NCBI GenBank assembly: GCA_963749705.1 | Contig: CAVVNQ010000018.1 | Coordinates: 32,001 to 96,000 of the forward strand | Direction of reading: 5' to 3' | DNA from: an uncultured Chloroflexia bacterium | Lineage (GTDB): Bacteria > Chloroflexota > Limnocylindria > Limnocylindrales > CSP1-4 | Length of the DNA: 64,000 nucleotides | Part shown: positions 1-11,946 of the stretch, piece by piece | Layout of the letters: the number at the start of each line of letters is the position of its first letter | How positions within the stretch are numbered: the stretch's first letter is position 1 | Notes under the pieces: model-generated | Database searches by the model: none | The model's input: only the letters and a program-made list of their open reading frames with translations | Told to the model about the DNA's origin: nothing | Program-made: the position numbers and the translations under genes

Positions 1-249
1 CCGAGGCGCGACGGCGAATGGTAGCAGAGGCGTCCGCGAACGGCCAGCGCTCGTGCCTGCTCAACGCGAGCGCGGTGCGGGGCACGGTGCGGGCTGCTGA
101 CGCATCGTGCGCATCAATCGGACCGCTCGACAGGCTGCTCGCCGCGAGATGGGACGGAATCCGCCCTCAACGCCCAGTCTGCGCCCGGAATTGACCCGCG
201 GCGTGAGTCAGCGACGGTACGGAACCCGGGCCGCCCCGCCTGAGCCGGG

Positions 250-1902
250 TCATTCCGTGGCGGCCCGTCGGGTGCGGTACCGGCGGATCAGAGCCAGGGT
301 CGAGGCATCGTGCGCCGATGAGGGCCCGTCGCCTGAGGGCGACAGCTCGTCCGCGATCCGGCCCGCCAGGACCTTGCCCAGCTCCACGCCCCACTGGTCG
401 AACGAATCGATGCCCCAGATCACGCCCTGCACGAACACCTTGTGCTCGTAGAGGGCGACGAGGGCACCCAGCGTCCGCGGTGTGAGCTGGTCCGCGAGCA
501 GCACCGACGTCGGCCGGTTCCCCTCGAACACCCGCGCGTCGACCTGATGGGCGGGGACGCCATCGGCAACGACCTCGTCGCGCGTCTTGCCGAACGCGAG
601 CGCCTCCGCCTGGGCGAACAGGTTGGCCATCAGCAGATCCTGGTGGTCGCCCATCTCCACCGTCGGGTTGACGAAGCCGATCAGGTCGGCGGGCACGATC
701 CGCGTGCCCTGGTGGAGCAGCTGGTAGTAGGCGTGCTGGCCGTTGGTGCCGGCGGTTCCCCACGCGATCGGCCCGGTGTCGTACGTCACGTGGGTCCCGT
801 CGAGCCGGACCGACTTCCCGTTCGACTCCATGTCCAGCTGCTGGAGGTAGGCCGGAAACCGGCTCAGCTCCTGGCTGTAGGGGAGCACCGCATGGGTGCC
901 GAAGCCGAAGAAGTTGTCGTACCAGATGCCCAGCAGGCCGAGCAGCACCGGCAGGTTGCGATCCAGCGGCGCCTGCAGGAAGTGCTGGTCCATCGCCCGG
1001 AACCCGGAAAGCATGTCCCGGAAGTCGTCGGGCCCGATCGCGATCATCAGCGACAGCCCGATCGCCGAGTCCATCGAATACCGGCCGCCGACCCAGTCCC
1101 AGAACCCGAACATGTTGGCCGGGTCGATGCCGAACTCGCGGACGCGGGCCTCGTGGGTGCTGACGGCAACGAAGTGGCGGGACACCGCTGCGGGGTCGTG
1201 GAGCGACGCGAGCAGCCAGTCGCGCGCCGAGCGGGCGTTGGTCAGCGTCTCCAGCGTCCCGAACGTCTTGGATGCGACGATGAACAGCGTCTCGGCCGGA
1301 TCGAGGTCGATCGTCGCCTCCCGAAGATCAGCCCCGTCGATGTTGGACACGAAGCGGAACCGCATCGAGCGCTCGGAGTAGCTCCGCAGCGCCTCGGTTG
1401 CCATCGCGGGCCCCAGGTCCGACCCGCCGATGCCGATGTTGACCACGTTCCGGATCCGCCGGCCCGTATGGCCCGTCCACTCCCCGCTCCGGACGCGAAG
1501 CGCGAACGCCGTCATCCGGTCGAGGACGTCGTGGACGCCCTGGACGACCTCGGTGCCTTCGACCAGGAGCTCCTCGCCGACGGGCGCCCGGAGGGCCGTA
1601 TGGAGGACGGCCCGGTCCTCGGTCACGTTGATCCGCTCACCGGCGAACATCGCGGTCCGCCGTTGCTCGACGCCCGCCGTCCGGGCGAGCGCCAGCAGCA
1701 GGTCGACCGTCTCGGTGGTGATCCGGTGCTTGGAGTAGTCGAGGAACACGCCGGCACCCTCGGCGCGGAACCGCTCCGCGCGGTCCGGATCGTCCGCGAA
1801 CAGCTGCCGCAGGTGCAGATCCCGCACGTTGGCGTGGTGGGCCACGAGGGCCTGCCACTCGGGAGTCTGGTCGATCGATGGGGCGATTGCGTCAGGGTTC
1901 AT
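250..1902 (-). CDS. pgi: Glucose-6-phosphate isomerase
   Basis: 550 aa with [34 protein letters not shown] and [10 protein letters not shown] motifs. Confidence 0.97.
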   Translation of the reverse strand: MNPDAIAPSIDQTPEWQALVAHHANVRDLHLRQLFADDPDRAERFRAEGAGVFLDYSKHRITTETVDLLLALARTAGVEQRRTAMFAGERINVTEDRAVLHTALRAPVGEELLVEGTEVVQGVHDVLDRMTAFALRVRSGEWTGHTGRRIRNVVNIGIGGSDLGPAMATEALRSYSERSMRFRFVSNIDGADLREATIDLDPAETLFIVASKTFGTLETLTNARSARDWLLASLHDPAAVSRHFVAVSTHEARVREFGIDPANMFGFWDWVGGRYSMDSAIGLSLMIAIGPDDFRDMLSGFRAMDQHFLQAPLDRNLPVLLGLLGIWYDNFFGFGTHAVLPYSQELSRFPAYLQQLDMESNGKSVRLDGTHVTYDTGPIAWGTAGTNGQHAYYQLLHQGTRIVPADLIGFVNPTVEMGDHQDLLMANLFAQAEALAFGKTRDEVVADGVPAHQVDARVFEGNRPTSVLLADQLTPRTLGALVALYEHKVFVQGVIWGIDSFDQWGVELGKVLAGRIADELSPSGDGPSSAHDASTLALIRRYRTRRAATE

Positions 1903-1935
1903 GGTGCTGCAGCGTACCCCGCGCTCGCGATCCGT

Positions 1936-2580
1936 TCAGGCGTCGGGCAGGGGCGCCCAGCCCGCCGAGGTCAGCGCGTGGAGCTCACCCAGTCCGATGT
2001 CGAACCAGGCGCCATCCAGCGAGATGTCGCCCGCCGACTCGCGCGACGCGATCCAGGGGAACGTGCGGAGGTGAGCGAGGGATCGCTCGACCGAGCGGTG
2101 CTCCAGCTCCCGCTGGGCGGCCGCCGGCGCCATCGGACCCGCAGCCTCGAGCTCCGCCGCCATCCCGCGCAGGCCGGCCACCCACGTGCCGAGGAAGTCC
2201 GTGGAGGTCAGGGTGGGCTCGCCGCGAAGGGCTGCGCCGATGCCGCCGCACCGGCCATGACCCAGGATCACGATCGAGCTGACCTCGAGGGCGAGGACGG
2301 CGAACTCGAGCGCGGCGCTCGCGCCGTGGCTCGCGGCGTCCGGCGCGTACTCCGGGACCAGCCCGGCAACGTTCCGGACCACGAACAGCTCGCCCGGACC
2401 GGCGTCGAACACCGTCTCGGGTCCGGATCGAGAGTCCGAGCACGCAATGACCATCGTCGCCGGCTGCTGGCCCTCCCCCAGCCGGCGCCATCGCTCCCGC
2501 TCGGCCGAGTACCGGGTTGCGCGGAAGCGCCGATAGCCGGCGACGAGCGCGTCGGGCAGCGCGGTCTCGGGGGTCGCCAT
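1936..2580 (-). CDS. Beta-class carbonic anhydrase
   Basis: Zn-ligand motifs CSDSR and HGRCGG, plus GELFVVRNVAG. Confidence 0.93.
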   Translation of the reverse strand: MATPETALPDALVAGYRRFRATRYSAERERWRRLGEGQQPATMVIACSDSRSGPETVFDAGPGELFVVRNVAGLVPEYAPDAASHGASAALEFAVLALEVSSIVILGHGRCGGIGAALRGEPTLTSTDFLGTWVAGLRGMAAELEAAGPMAPAAAQRELEHRSVERSLAHLRTFPWIASRESAGDISLDGAWFDIGLGELHALTSAGWAPLPDA

Positions 2581-2588
2581 CGGCCGGC

Positions 2589-3848
2589 TCAGAACATCGT
2601 CGCGCAGTACGGAGCCCGATCGACGGCGAACATCGCGTCGGCTCGGCGCAGCGCGCCGGGGGTCAGCTCCCGCACGCGATCTGCGTGCGCCAGGTCTGAT
2701 GGCCGGAACGCCCCGAGGTAGATCGCGGCAAGGTCGGCGACATCGGCGACGAGGTCGGCCGGGGCTCCGGTCTGCGACACGGCGGCGATGGCGGTTCCGG
2801 GATCACCGCTCGCCTCGATCTGCCAGCGTCCCGCGTTCCACGGGCAGAACGAATCGGTCACCTCGACCACCAGCCGGTCGGCCGTGGCATAGCGACGGGC
2901 CGCGAGCGCTGCCGGCAGGTCGACGAGACGGAGCCAGATCCCGTCGCGCGCGACCAGGCCCAGGCCTCGCGGGTCGGCCAGGGCGAGCAGCAGCGGATGC
3001 GGCATCGAGGCTCGCCAGCAGCGGATCGTCCGCACCAGGTCGACATTGAACAGGAACGTCCAGATCCCGCGCTCGGCCCGGTTCGTCGTGGCCACCGCCT
3101 CCATCACCAGCAGCTGGTTCCTCGGGCCACGGTCGTCCCAGTCGTCCTTGATCCGGTACAGCGCGTACCCCTCGGCGTTGCCGTCGACCTCGTACACGTA
3201 CTTGAGCAGCGGTCCGGCGCCACGCCGGTTGTCCTTGTCGTCGCGCAGGATGTGGTCCCGCCACCAGGCCTCGGAGCGCGTGATGGCCCCGGGGGTGCTG
3301 ACGCGCACGCGGTCGTAGATCGCCGGCAGGGCGGCCAGCGCCTGTGCCTCGTCGATGGGCCGCAGCCGGCCACCGGGCTCGCCGGGCCGGAGCCACGCGG
3401 TGCGCCCGTGGTCGACCTCGAACGTGGCCGCGACCGTCCCCATCCCGTAGCCGAAGCGCTGGTAGATGACCCCCTCCGACGCCCACAGGATCGCGACCGG
3501 CTCGCCCCGCCGCCGGACGTCGTCCAGCTGGTGGCGCATCAGCGACCGGAGCACGCCCTGGCGCCGGTATCCGGGATCGACGCCGACCGCGGTGACGCCC
3601 GCCGCCGCGACCTCGCCCCCCGGCACGGTCAGGCGGAACGAGTACGCGGCGGCGCTCCCGACCGGCGCGTCCCCGTCGAATGCGGCGATCACGCGATCGG
3701 CTTCGGTGGTCGGTCGCCAATGCTCGAACTCGGCGTCGGTGACCTCCTCGCCGAACGCCCGCATCACGGGATCGATGAACGACTGGACGGACTCGGGGGT
3801 GGCGGTCCGGATCGGGTACGGCGCTTCCTGCTCATGCATGGACGTCAT
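2589..3848 (-). CDS. Eis-like GNAT acetyltransferase with C-terminal SCP2-like domain
   Basis: Real part of ORF 2589..5414 starts at ATG 3848 (MTSMHEQ), overlapping the MFS stop as ATGA. Motifs VTAVGVDPGYRRQG, LWASEGVIYQRFGY, WLRLVDLPAALAARRY and DSFCPWNAGRW. Confidence 0.88.
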   Translation of the reverse strand: MTSMHEQEAPYPIRTATPESVQSFIDPVMRAFGEEVTDAEFEHWRPTTEADRVIAAFDGDAPVGSAAAYSFRLTVPGGEVAAAGVTAVGVDPGYRRQGVLRSLMRHQLDDVRRRGEPVAILWASEGVIYQRFGYGMGTVAATFEVDHGRTAWLRPGEPGGRLRPIDEAQALAALPAIYDRVRVSTPGAITRSEAWWRDHILRDDKDNRRGAGPLLKYVYEVDGNAEGYALYRIKDDWDDRGPRNQLLVMEAVATTNRAERGIWTFLFNVDLVRTIRCWRASMPHPLLLALADPRGLGLVARDGIWLRLVDLPAALAARRYATADRLVVEVTDSFCPWNAGRWQIEASGDPGTAIAAVSQTGAPADLVADVADLAAIYLGAFRPSDLAHADRVRELTPGALRRADAMFAVDRAPYCATMF

Positions 3849-5179
3849 CCTGCCACCGGATCGGTGCTCGGGGTGCGCTCGGTTCGCAGCGGGGATGCCC
3901 ACAGGATCACGACGCCCACGATCGCGATCAGCGGCGCGACGAACAGGGAGACGCGCAACCCGATCGTCGCGCCGATCACGCCGCCGAGCATCGTCGCGAC
4001 CAGCTGTGCCAGGACCGTGGCGACGTGGACCGTCGCGTTGACGCGGCCGAGCTGGCGAGCCGGTACACGGCCCTGCCGGAACGATGTCTCGCTGATCTCG
4101 TACGCCACGGCACCCGCGTCGCCGATCAGCTGCTGGCCCAGCAGGCAGCCGAGCGCAACGAGGGGCAGGCCGGCCGGCGCCAGCGGGGTGAGGAGGCTGC
4201 CGAGCGCCGCCAGCAGCAGCGACCCGACGGCGACCCGCCCGAGCCCGAATCGCCGCACGGACCGGTCCGCGGCCAGCGAGCCGGCCAGCGAGCCGATGCC
4301 GCCGGTGGCGGCGATGATCCCGATGGTCGCGGGGTTGAGGCCCAGCGTCTCGGTCACGAACAGCAGCCAGGTTGCCCCGGCCACCCCGTACATCGCCGCC
4401 AGTCCCATGGCGCTCGCGATCAGCGCCCGCAGCGACGGATCGCCGGCCACGACGCGCAGCCCGGCCCGGATCTCGTCGAGGATCGGCTCGCGGTCCGCGG
4501 TGGGCGGTGGCGGCGGCTCCGGACGCCGGACGGACAGCAGGAGCAACCCCGACACGAGGAACGTGACCGCGTCGATCGCGATGGCGATGGGGGCGGTCAG
4601 CGCCTGGATCAGGAAGCCGGCCACGCCGAACCCGGCGAACTCCGCCGTCGAGCTCGCCGCCGACAGGGCGCCGTTTGCCCGGACCAGATCGGCGCGATCC
4701 ACGATCGCGGGCAGATAGGCGTGGTCCGCGAGATCGAAGAAGGTCGTGAGGACGGCGCTCGCCGCCGCCACAACCAGGAGCTGCGCGAGGGTCAGCCAGC
4801 CGCCGTACGCCGCGATGGGGATGCTGCCCAGCAGCGCGGCGCGTCCGAGATCCGCCCAGATGAGCACCGGACGCCGGCGGAGCCGGTCCACCCAGGCACC
4901 GGCGGCGAACCCGACCAGCAGCGCGGACACCATGCCGAGACCGCGAATCGCCGCGATCTCGAGGGGACCGGCGTCGAGCACGAGGATTGCCGTGAACGGC
5001 AGCGCCAGGTTCGTGATCAGGCTGCCGAACACGGAGATCGCCCCCGCCGTCCAGACGCGGACGAATGCGCCGTTGCGCCACATGGACGGAGGGGCGCCCT
5101 TCGGCCGGCCTGCATCGTCCGGCAGGCTGCTCGAATCGTCGGGCAGGCTGCTCGAATCGGGCGCGGGATCGACAACCAT
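3845..5179 (-). CDS. MFS transporter (DHA3/Transmemb_17-like)
   Basis: About 12 hydrophobic segments; AGAWVDRLRRRPVLIWADLGR motif A; VPARQLGRVNA. Start chosen at ATG 5179, 6 nt after a TACCCT -10-like hexamer. Confidence 0.88.
   Translation of the reverse strand: MVVDPAPDSSSLPDDSSSLPDDAGRPKGAPPSMWRNGAFVRVWTAGAISVFGSLITNLALPFTAILVLDAGPLEIAAIRGLGMVSALLVGFAAGAWVDRLRRRPVLIWADLGRAALLGSIPIAAYGGWLTLAQLLVVAAASAVLTTFFDLADHAYLPAIVDRADLVRANGALSAASSTAEFAGFGVAGFLIQALTAPIAIAIDAVTFLVSGLLLLSVRRPEPPPPPTADREPILDEIRAGLRVVAGDPSLRALIASAMGLAAMYGVAGATWLLFVTETLGLNPATIGIIAATGGIGSLAGSLAADRSVRRFGLGRVAVGSLLLAALGSLLTPLAPAGLPLVALGCLLGQQLIGDAGAVAYEISETSFRQGRVPARQLGRVNATVHVATVLAQLVATMLGGVIGATIGLRVSLFVAPLIAIVGVVILWASPLRTERTPSTDPVAG
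5114..5159. repeat. 21-bp tandem duplication in the MFS N-terminal coding region
   Basis: atcgtc(c/g)ggcaggctgctcga x2 at 5114-5134 and 5135-5155, encoding SSSLPDD twice. Confidence 0.85.
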
Positions 5180-5336
5180 CGCGGGAGGGTAGTGGGGCCG
5201 GAGGACCCGCACAAGGGGGCAGACCCTGATGCCCGGGACGACGCCCGCGCTCGGTCGGCGGCGGGATCGGCACGGGTCCCGTTTCGAGCGCCGGCGCTAC
5301 ACTCCGGCGGATTCGAACGCCCGGGAGCACGATCCG

Positions 5337-6392
5337 GTGATCAATCTCGAGACGGTTCCCCTCGACCTCGAGCGCTGGGGTCTGTCCCCCGGCGACGCGA
5401 CGCGCGTGACCCACCTGGGCCGCGAGTGCCTGTGCTTCGCCGATGGCGTCCTGTCACCCGATGCCGCCGGCGTGGATCTCGAGGACGGCGTGCTGGAGGT
5501 GGACCTTCTGGTCCCGCGCGAGCGCTCGTTCCACGGCCTCCGGTGGCACGTCCGAGGGGAGGACTGCGAGTCGTTCTTCGTCCGGCCGCACCAGGCCGGC
5601 AACCCCGATGCGATCCAGTACACGCCGGTCAGCCACGGCATCTCCAGCTGGCAGCTCTACCACGGCCCAGGCTTCTGGGCCCCGATCACGTTCCCGATCG
5701 AGACGTGGTTCACGGTGCGGATCGTCGTTGCCGGTCCGCGCGCCGACGTGTACGTCGACGACCTCGCGAAGCCCGTCCTCGCCATCGGCCGGCTGCGGCA
5801 GCGCGTTCGATCGGGCGGGATCGGGTTGCAGGTGGGCGGTCCCGGGCTGCACGTGGCCCGCTTCGCGTTCTCGCGCGAACCACTCCCGCTGGTCGGGGCG
5901 CCCGTTCCCGAGCCGCCGGTCGATCCACGCGCCGTGGCCCGCTGGGACGTGTCCGACCCGTTCCCGGAATTGCTGGTCGCAGGTGCGCTGGAGCTGCCGG
6001 CGTCGGTCGTCTCGGATCGGACGTGGACGACTCTGGCCGCGGAGCCCGACGGGCTGGCTGACCTGGCCATGGTCAACGGGCTGCACGGCGACCGGAACAC
6101 GGTGCTCGCGCGGACCGTGGTCCGGTCCCACGCGGCCCGCGTCCGAACGCTCGAGGTCGGCTTCAGCGACCGCGCGGTCGTGTTCCTCAACGGCCGCGCG
6201 GTGTTCCGGGGTGACGACGCCTACCGGTCGCGCGACTACCGCTTCCTGGGCAGCATCGGCTACTGGTACACGCTCCACCTGCCGTTCGAGGCGGGCGACA
6301 ACGAGCTCTCGATCGCAGTCTCTGAGAATTTCGGCGGCTGGGGCGTCCAGACGCGCTTCACCGACGAGCCGGACAGCCGCGTTCCGGCCTGA
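5337..6392 (+). CDS. Hypothetical beta-rich protein (possibly ConA/DUF1080-like plus galactose-binding-like domains)
   Basis: Coding-like composition; GTG 5337 after GGAG; motifs NPDAIQYTP, WQLYHGPG and GFSDRAVVFLNG. Fold is an inference. Confidence 0.6.
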   Translation: MINLETVPLDLERWGLSPGDATRVTHLGRECLCFADGVLSPDAAGVDLEDGVLEVDLLVPRERSFHGLRWHVRGEDCESFFVRPHQAGNPDAIQYTPVSHGISSWQLYHGPGFWAPITFPIETWFTVRIVVAGPRADVYVDDLAKPVLAIGRLRQRVRSGGIGLQVGGPGLHVARFAFSREPLPLVGAPVPEPPVDPRAVARWDVSDPFPELLVAGALELPASVVSDRTWTTLAAEPDGLADLAMVNGLHGDRNTVLARTVVRSHAARVRTLEVGFSDRAVVFLNGRAVFRGDDAYRSRDYRFLGSIGYWYTLHLPFEAGDNELSIAVSENFGGWGVQTRFTDEPDSRVPA

Positions 6393-6419
6393 CCCCGCAG
6401 GATGTGTGACTGAGAACCG

Positions 6420-7757
6420 TCACGCCGGCTCAGCGGGAGCGGGGGTCGACTCCGGTCCCTGCCCGGACGGGCTCGGGCTCGCGGCTGCTCGGCGGTCCTC
6501 GCGTGACTCGAACCCCTCGGCCAGCGACGCGTCGAGGAGACGGATCTGACGCCGGACCGGCTCGGCCCTGGACGCAGGTGCGACCTCGACGAGGTCGAGC
6601 AGCAGGTATCGCAGCCGGCGAGCCACCTGGAACGAGCCGACCCCATAGTGGCGGATCTCGTCGAGCGCAAGCGACACATAGTCCGCCCAATCGGGCCGCG
6701 GCAGATGCAGGAGCATCGCGCCGTCGTCCGACAGCCGGACGGCTGACGGAAGGTCCCGCGTTGCCAGCCGGCGCAGCAGGTCGTGGAGCTCGTCGAGGGC
6801 CTGGACTGCCGTGGTCGGATCGTTCACGCCCGGCGAGAGCGCTCGTTCCCCGATGTCCACGATCTGGCGGAACCCGAACGCCGCGTCCTGGGTCATCGTG
6901 CGCTCGAGCCCGGTGTGGATGGTCGCGGCCAGCGCCCCGGCGATCCCGTCATCGAGGTCGTCACCTGCGGCCCAGACGTGGAGCAATGTCGCACCCTGCG
7001 GCACGAAGTCGCCCACCATGTGGGGCAGCTCGATCGTGAGCCCGTTGTCGGTCGCAAGCCGGACCAGCGTCCCGTCGTCCACCGCGGTGATCACCCCGGG
7101 CGCACGCGCAAGTCGGATCACGAGGTCCGGCGGTCGGTCGGGCGTGGTGGGCGCGGATCGTTCCGGCTCCTCCGCGATCCCCTCCGGGTACAGGCGTCGG
7201 ATCGCATCGCGCGTCTCGTCACCAACGCTGCGCAGGACCGTCGCGGCGCGGATTGATTGGGCGACGTGGTGGATGTACAGGATGAAGAACGCCACGCTCG
7301 CGATCAGCAGCCCATACGCGAACGTGACCGAGATCGCGGGCACGAACGCTGCCGATCCCGTCGGCGAACGGACCTCGCGCAACACCAGCAGGGCGTACAG
7401 GAAGGTGGCGATGAACAGCCCGAGCACCGCCTGGTTCAGGCGGTCGCGGAGGAAGGTGCGCATGACGCGAGGCGACAGCTGGCTGCTCGCGAGCTGGAGC
7501 ACCAGCATCGTGATCGAGTACACGACGCCGGTGAACGTGAGCATCGCGGTCGCGATGGTCGCGAGGACCGAGCGGGCGCTGTCCGGGCCACCGGCGAACA
7601 GGATGCCGCTGAGGTCGCGGGCGACCGACTGATCCAGCACCCGGTCGAGCTGGATGAGGATCAGCGCCAGCAACAGCGCGCCGATCATGAACACGCCCGG
7701 GATGAACCACAGCCGCGTTCGCAGCCAGTCGAGGAACGCGGCCAACCTGACGGGCAC
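6420..7757 (-). CDS. DUF2254-family membrane protein
   Basis: LWFIP; [16 protein letters not shown]; [36 protein letters not shown] start is approximate. Confidence 0.85.
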   Translation of the reverse strand: MPVRLAAFLDWLRTRLWFIPGVFMIGALLLALILIQLDRVLDQSVARDLSGILFAGGPDSARSVLATIATAMLTFTGVVYSITMLVLQLASSQLSPRVMRTFLRDRLNQAVLGLFIATFLYALLVLREVRSPTGSAAFVPAISVTFAYGLLIASVAFFILYIHHVAQSIRAATVLRSVGDETRDAIRRLYPEGIAEEPERSAPTTPDRPPDLVIRLARAPGVITAVDDGTLVRLATDNGLTIELPHMVGDFVPQGATLLHVWAAGDDLDDGIAGALAATIHTGLERTMTQDAAFGFRQIVDIGERALSPGVNDPTTAVQALDELHDLLRRLATRDLPSAVRLSDDGAMLLHLPRPDWADYVSLALDEIRHYGVGSFQVARRLRYLLLDLVEVAPASRAEPVRRQIRLLDASLAEGFESREDRRAAASPSPSGQGPESTPAPAEPA

Positions 7758-7900
7758 CCTTCGCACCTCGCTCGCACCGCCGTCGGCGTCGGGCGTGGCG
7801 CTCGATGCGGCGGGACGATGGTGACGGGTCGGGCCCCGGGTCCGCAAGCACGCCACGTCGCCCCGGGACGCCGCGCACCGTCCCGGTACACTCCCGCATC

Positions 7901-9712
<1,812 letters not shown>

Positions 9713-9745
9713 TCCGCCTCGCCTGGGCGGGCTGACCTCCGCCTG

Positions 9746-10549
9746 ATGCCGGACCTCGGATCGCTCCCCCTGCTCTCGAGCCTGCCCGACGTTCCGCAGC
9801 CGCTGCTGGTCCTCATGGCGGCCGGGCTGACCTGCCTGCTGGTGATCCTGCGGTTCGACGCGGAGCGGTTCAACGCGGCCGAATACGACGATGCGGACCG
9901 CTGGGGGAACCCGCCGTCGATGTCCAGGCGCCTCGCCTGGTATGCCCTCGGGATCGGCGGGATCATCCTCGTCGGCCAGGTCCACCCGAGCCCGGCGGGC
10001 GACCTGTTCCTCGGACTGGGCGACCGTCTCGGAGCGGTGATCCTGGGGCTGACCGCTGGCACGGTGGGCACCGGCATCGCGCTGGGGATCGCGTTCTACC
10101 GCTATCGCTACCTGCGCTTCCCGCCGATCGAGTCATACCCTGGGGCCGTGCTCAACGCTCTGGCCACGGCGTTCGTGGACGAGGCGGTGTTCCGCGGTCT
10201 GGTGTTCGGGTTCCTGGTCGTCGTCGGCACTGACCCGACGATGGCGAACATCGCCCAGGCGCTGCTGTACGGCCTCGCGACACGCCTCGGAGCCCCGGGC
10301 CGGCCGCTGTACATGCTGCTCACGGCGATCGTGATCGGGCTCGCCGGGGGCTGGCTGACCGGCGTGACCGGCGGCATCGGCGCGGCGTTCCTGGGCCACG
10401 CGATCACCCGGATCGCGATCTTCCTGGCGACCGGCCACGCCGGCCTGCCCAAGGCCCGCGGGACCGAGATCGAGGAGGTCGCCAGGCGGCAGCGGCCGCC
10501 CGAGGGCTGGCGGGTGCTGGGTCCCCGCGAGACGTCACGACGTCGCTGA
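9746..10549 (+). CDS. CPBP (CAAX/Abi) family intramembrane glutamic endopeptidase-like protein
   Basis: Multi-TM protein with DEAVFRG (EExxxR-like) and a C-terminal GHAITR motif; partly degenerate. Confidence 0.7.
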   Translation: MPDLGSLPLLSSLPDVPQPLLVLMAAGLTCLLVILRFDAERFNAAEYDDADRWGNPPSMSRRLAWYALGIGGIILVGQVHPSPAGDLFLGLGDRLGAVILGLTAGTVGTGIALGIAFYRYRYLRFPPIESYPGAVLNALATAFVDEAVFRGLVFGFLVVVGTDPTMANIAQALLYGLATRLGAPGRPLYMLLTAIVIGLAGGWLTGVTGGIGAAFLGHAITRIAIFLATGHAGLPKARGTEIEEVARRQRPPEGWRVLGPRETSRRR

Positions 10550-11814
10550 GCACCGGCCCCGCGCCGGCGAGCGCGCGATCGCCGGCCGGGCAGCCGCCCG
10601 TCGCGCTGTATGTCCACGTCCCGTTCTGCGTGGCGCTGTGCCCGTACTGCGACTTCGTCGTCTATGCCGGCTCGGCCGCGCGTGGGCCGGGCGCCAGGAT
10701 CGGGGCCTTCGTCGAGGCGCTGACCGCAGAGATCGCGCTCCGTGCCGGTGCGCTGGACGCGCAGTTCGGCAGGCCCGGGCGGCCGGGCAGGCCCCCGCTC
10801 GAGACCGTCTACCTGGGCGGCGGGACGCCGACGCTGCTGCCGACGGCGACCATCGCCCGGCTGCTGGACCAGGTGCGGGCGCGCTTCGGGATCGCTGCCG
10901 GCGCCGAGGTCACGATCGAAGGCAATCCCGGGGCCGATGAGCGCAACGACGCCCGGGCGCTGGTCGCCGCCGGGATCACGCGGCTGTCGCTGGGAGCGCA
11001 GTCGTTCGACGACGGCCTGCTCCGGCGGCTGGGGCGCCGCCACCAGGCATCGGACGTCCGCGATGCCGTCGCCGACGCGCGAGCGGCAGGGTTCGGGTCC
11101 GTGTCGATCGACCTGTTGTACGACGTGCCGGGTCAGTCGGTTGCCGGGTGGGCGGCGACGCTGGACGCCGCCATCGGGCTGGCGCCCGATCACGTCTCCG
11201 CGTATGCGCTGACCCTCGACGACCCGGACGCGGAGGGCCTGACGGGGCCGTCGGGCGACCACCTGCCGACGCGGCCCGGCGCGCGCCGCTGGCGCGAGAG
11301 GGCGATCCGGGACCAGGACGAGGACCGCGCGGCGGCGCAGTACGGGCTCGCCGTCGAGCGTCTCGGCGCCGCCGGCTATCGCGGCTACGAGATCTCGAAC
11401 TGGGCGCAACCGGGCCACGAGAGCCGGCACAACCTCGCCTACTGGCATCGCCGCTCGTACGAGGCGGTCGGGCCCGGCGCGCACGCCTTCGACGGCCGGA
11501 CGCGGCGATGGAACGCGGCCCGCCTCGACGGCTACGTGCATGCGCTTGCCCCCCAGGAAGGCGGCCGCCCGGCACCTCCGCCGGGCGGGACGGAGGTCAT
11601 CGACGCCGAGGCTGCGGCGATGGAGGCCGTGATCCTCGGACTGCGGCTCGATACCGGGCTGGCCCTCGAGGACGCGATGGCCGGACCGCTCGCGCCGCAC
11701 CTCGAATGGGCAACAGCGGCGGGCCTGCTCGAGACGGCCGGCGGAGCGCCACGGATCCACCTCACGACGCGCGGGCGGCTGCTGTCCAACGAGCTGTTCC
11801 TGCGCCTTGCCTGA
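10546..11814 (+). CDS. hemW: Radical SAM heme chaperone HemW (HemN-like)
   Basis: The frame upstream of the tracked ORF reads LYVHVPFCVALCPYCDF (CxxxCxxC); also TVYLGGGTPT, YEISNW and SRHNLAYW. Start inferred at CTG 10546. Confidence 0.9.
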   Translation: MSTGPAPASARSPAGQPPVALYVHVPFCVALCPYCDFVVYAGSAARGPGARIGAFVEALTAEIALRAGALDAQFGRPGRPGRPPLETVYLGGGTPTLLPTATIARLLDQVRARFGIAAGAEVTIEGNPGADERNDARALVAAGITRLSLGAQSFDDGLLRRLGRRHQASDVRDAVADARAAGFGSVSIDLLYDVPGQSVAGWAATLDAAIGLAPDHVSAYALTLDDPDAEGLTGPSGDHLPTRPGARRWRERAIRDQDEDRAAAQYGLAVERLGAAGYRGYEISNWAQPGHESRHNLAYWHRRSYEAVGPGAHAFDGRTRRWNAARLDGYVHALAPQEGGRPAPPPGGTEVIDAEAAAMEAVILGLRLDTGLALEDAMAGPLAPHLEWATAAGLLETAGGAPRIHLTTRGRLLSNELFLRLA

Positions 11815-11946
11815 CGCCCGATCGGCCGCTTCCGGGTGCTGTCGGGCATGCAGGCAGGCTTGAAATCGCGGCGCATAATGGCGCGGAACGCAGCGTCCCT
11901 GCGCTCACCGGAGCGCCGTTCCGGGGAGTCACCGGCTGGGGGTCAG

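Noticed and set aside
2589-5414. 941-aa ORF read as a large fusion protein
   Set aside because: Its first ~520 aa are an off-frame overlap of the MFS gene; the real GNAT starts at 3848.
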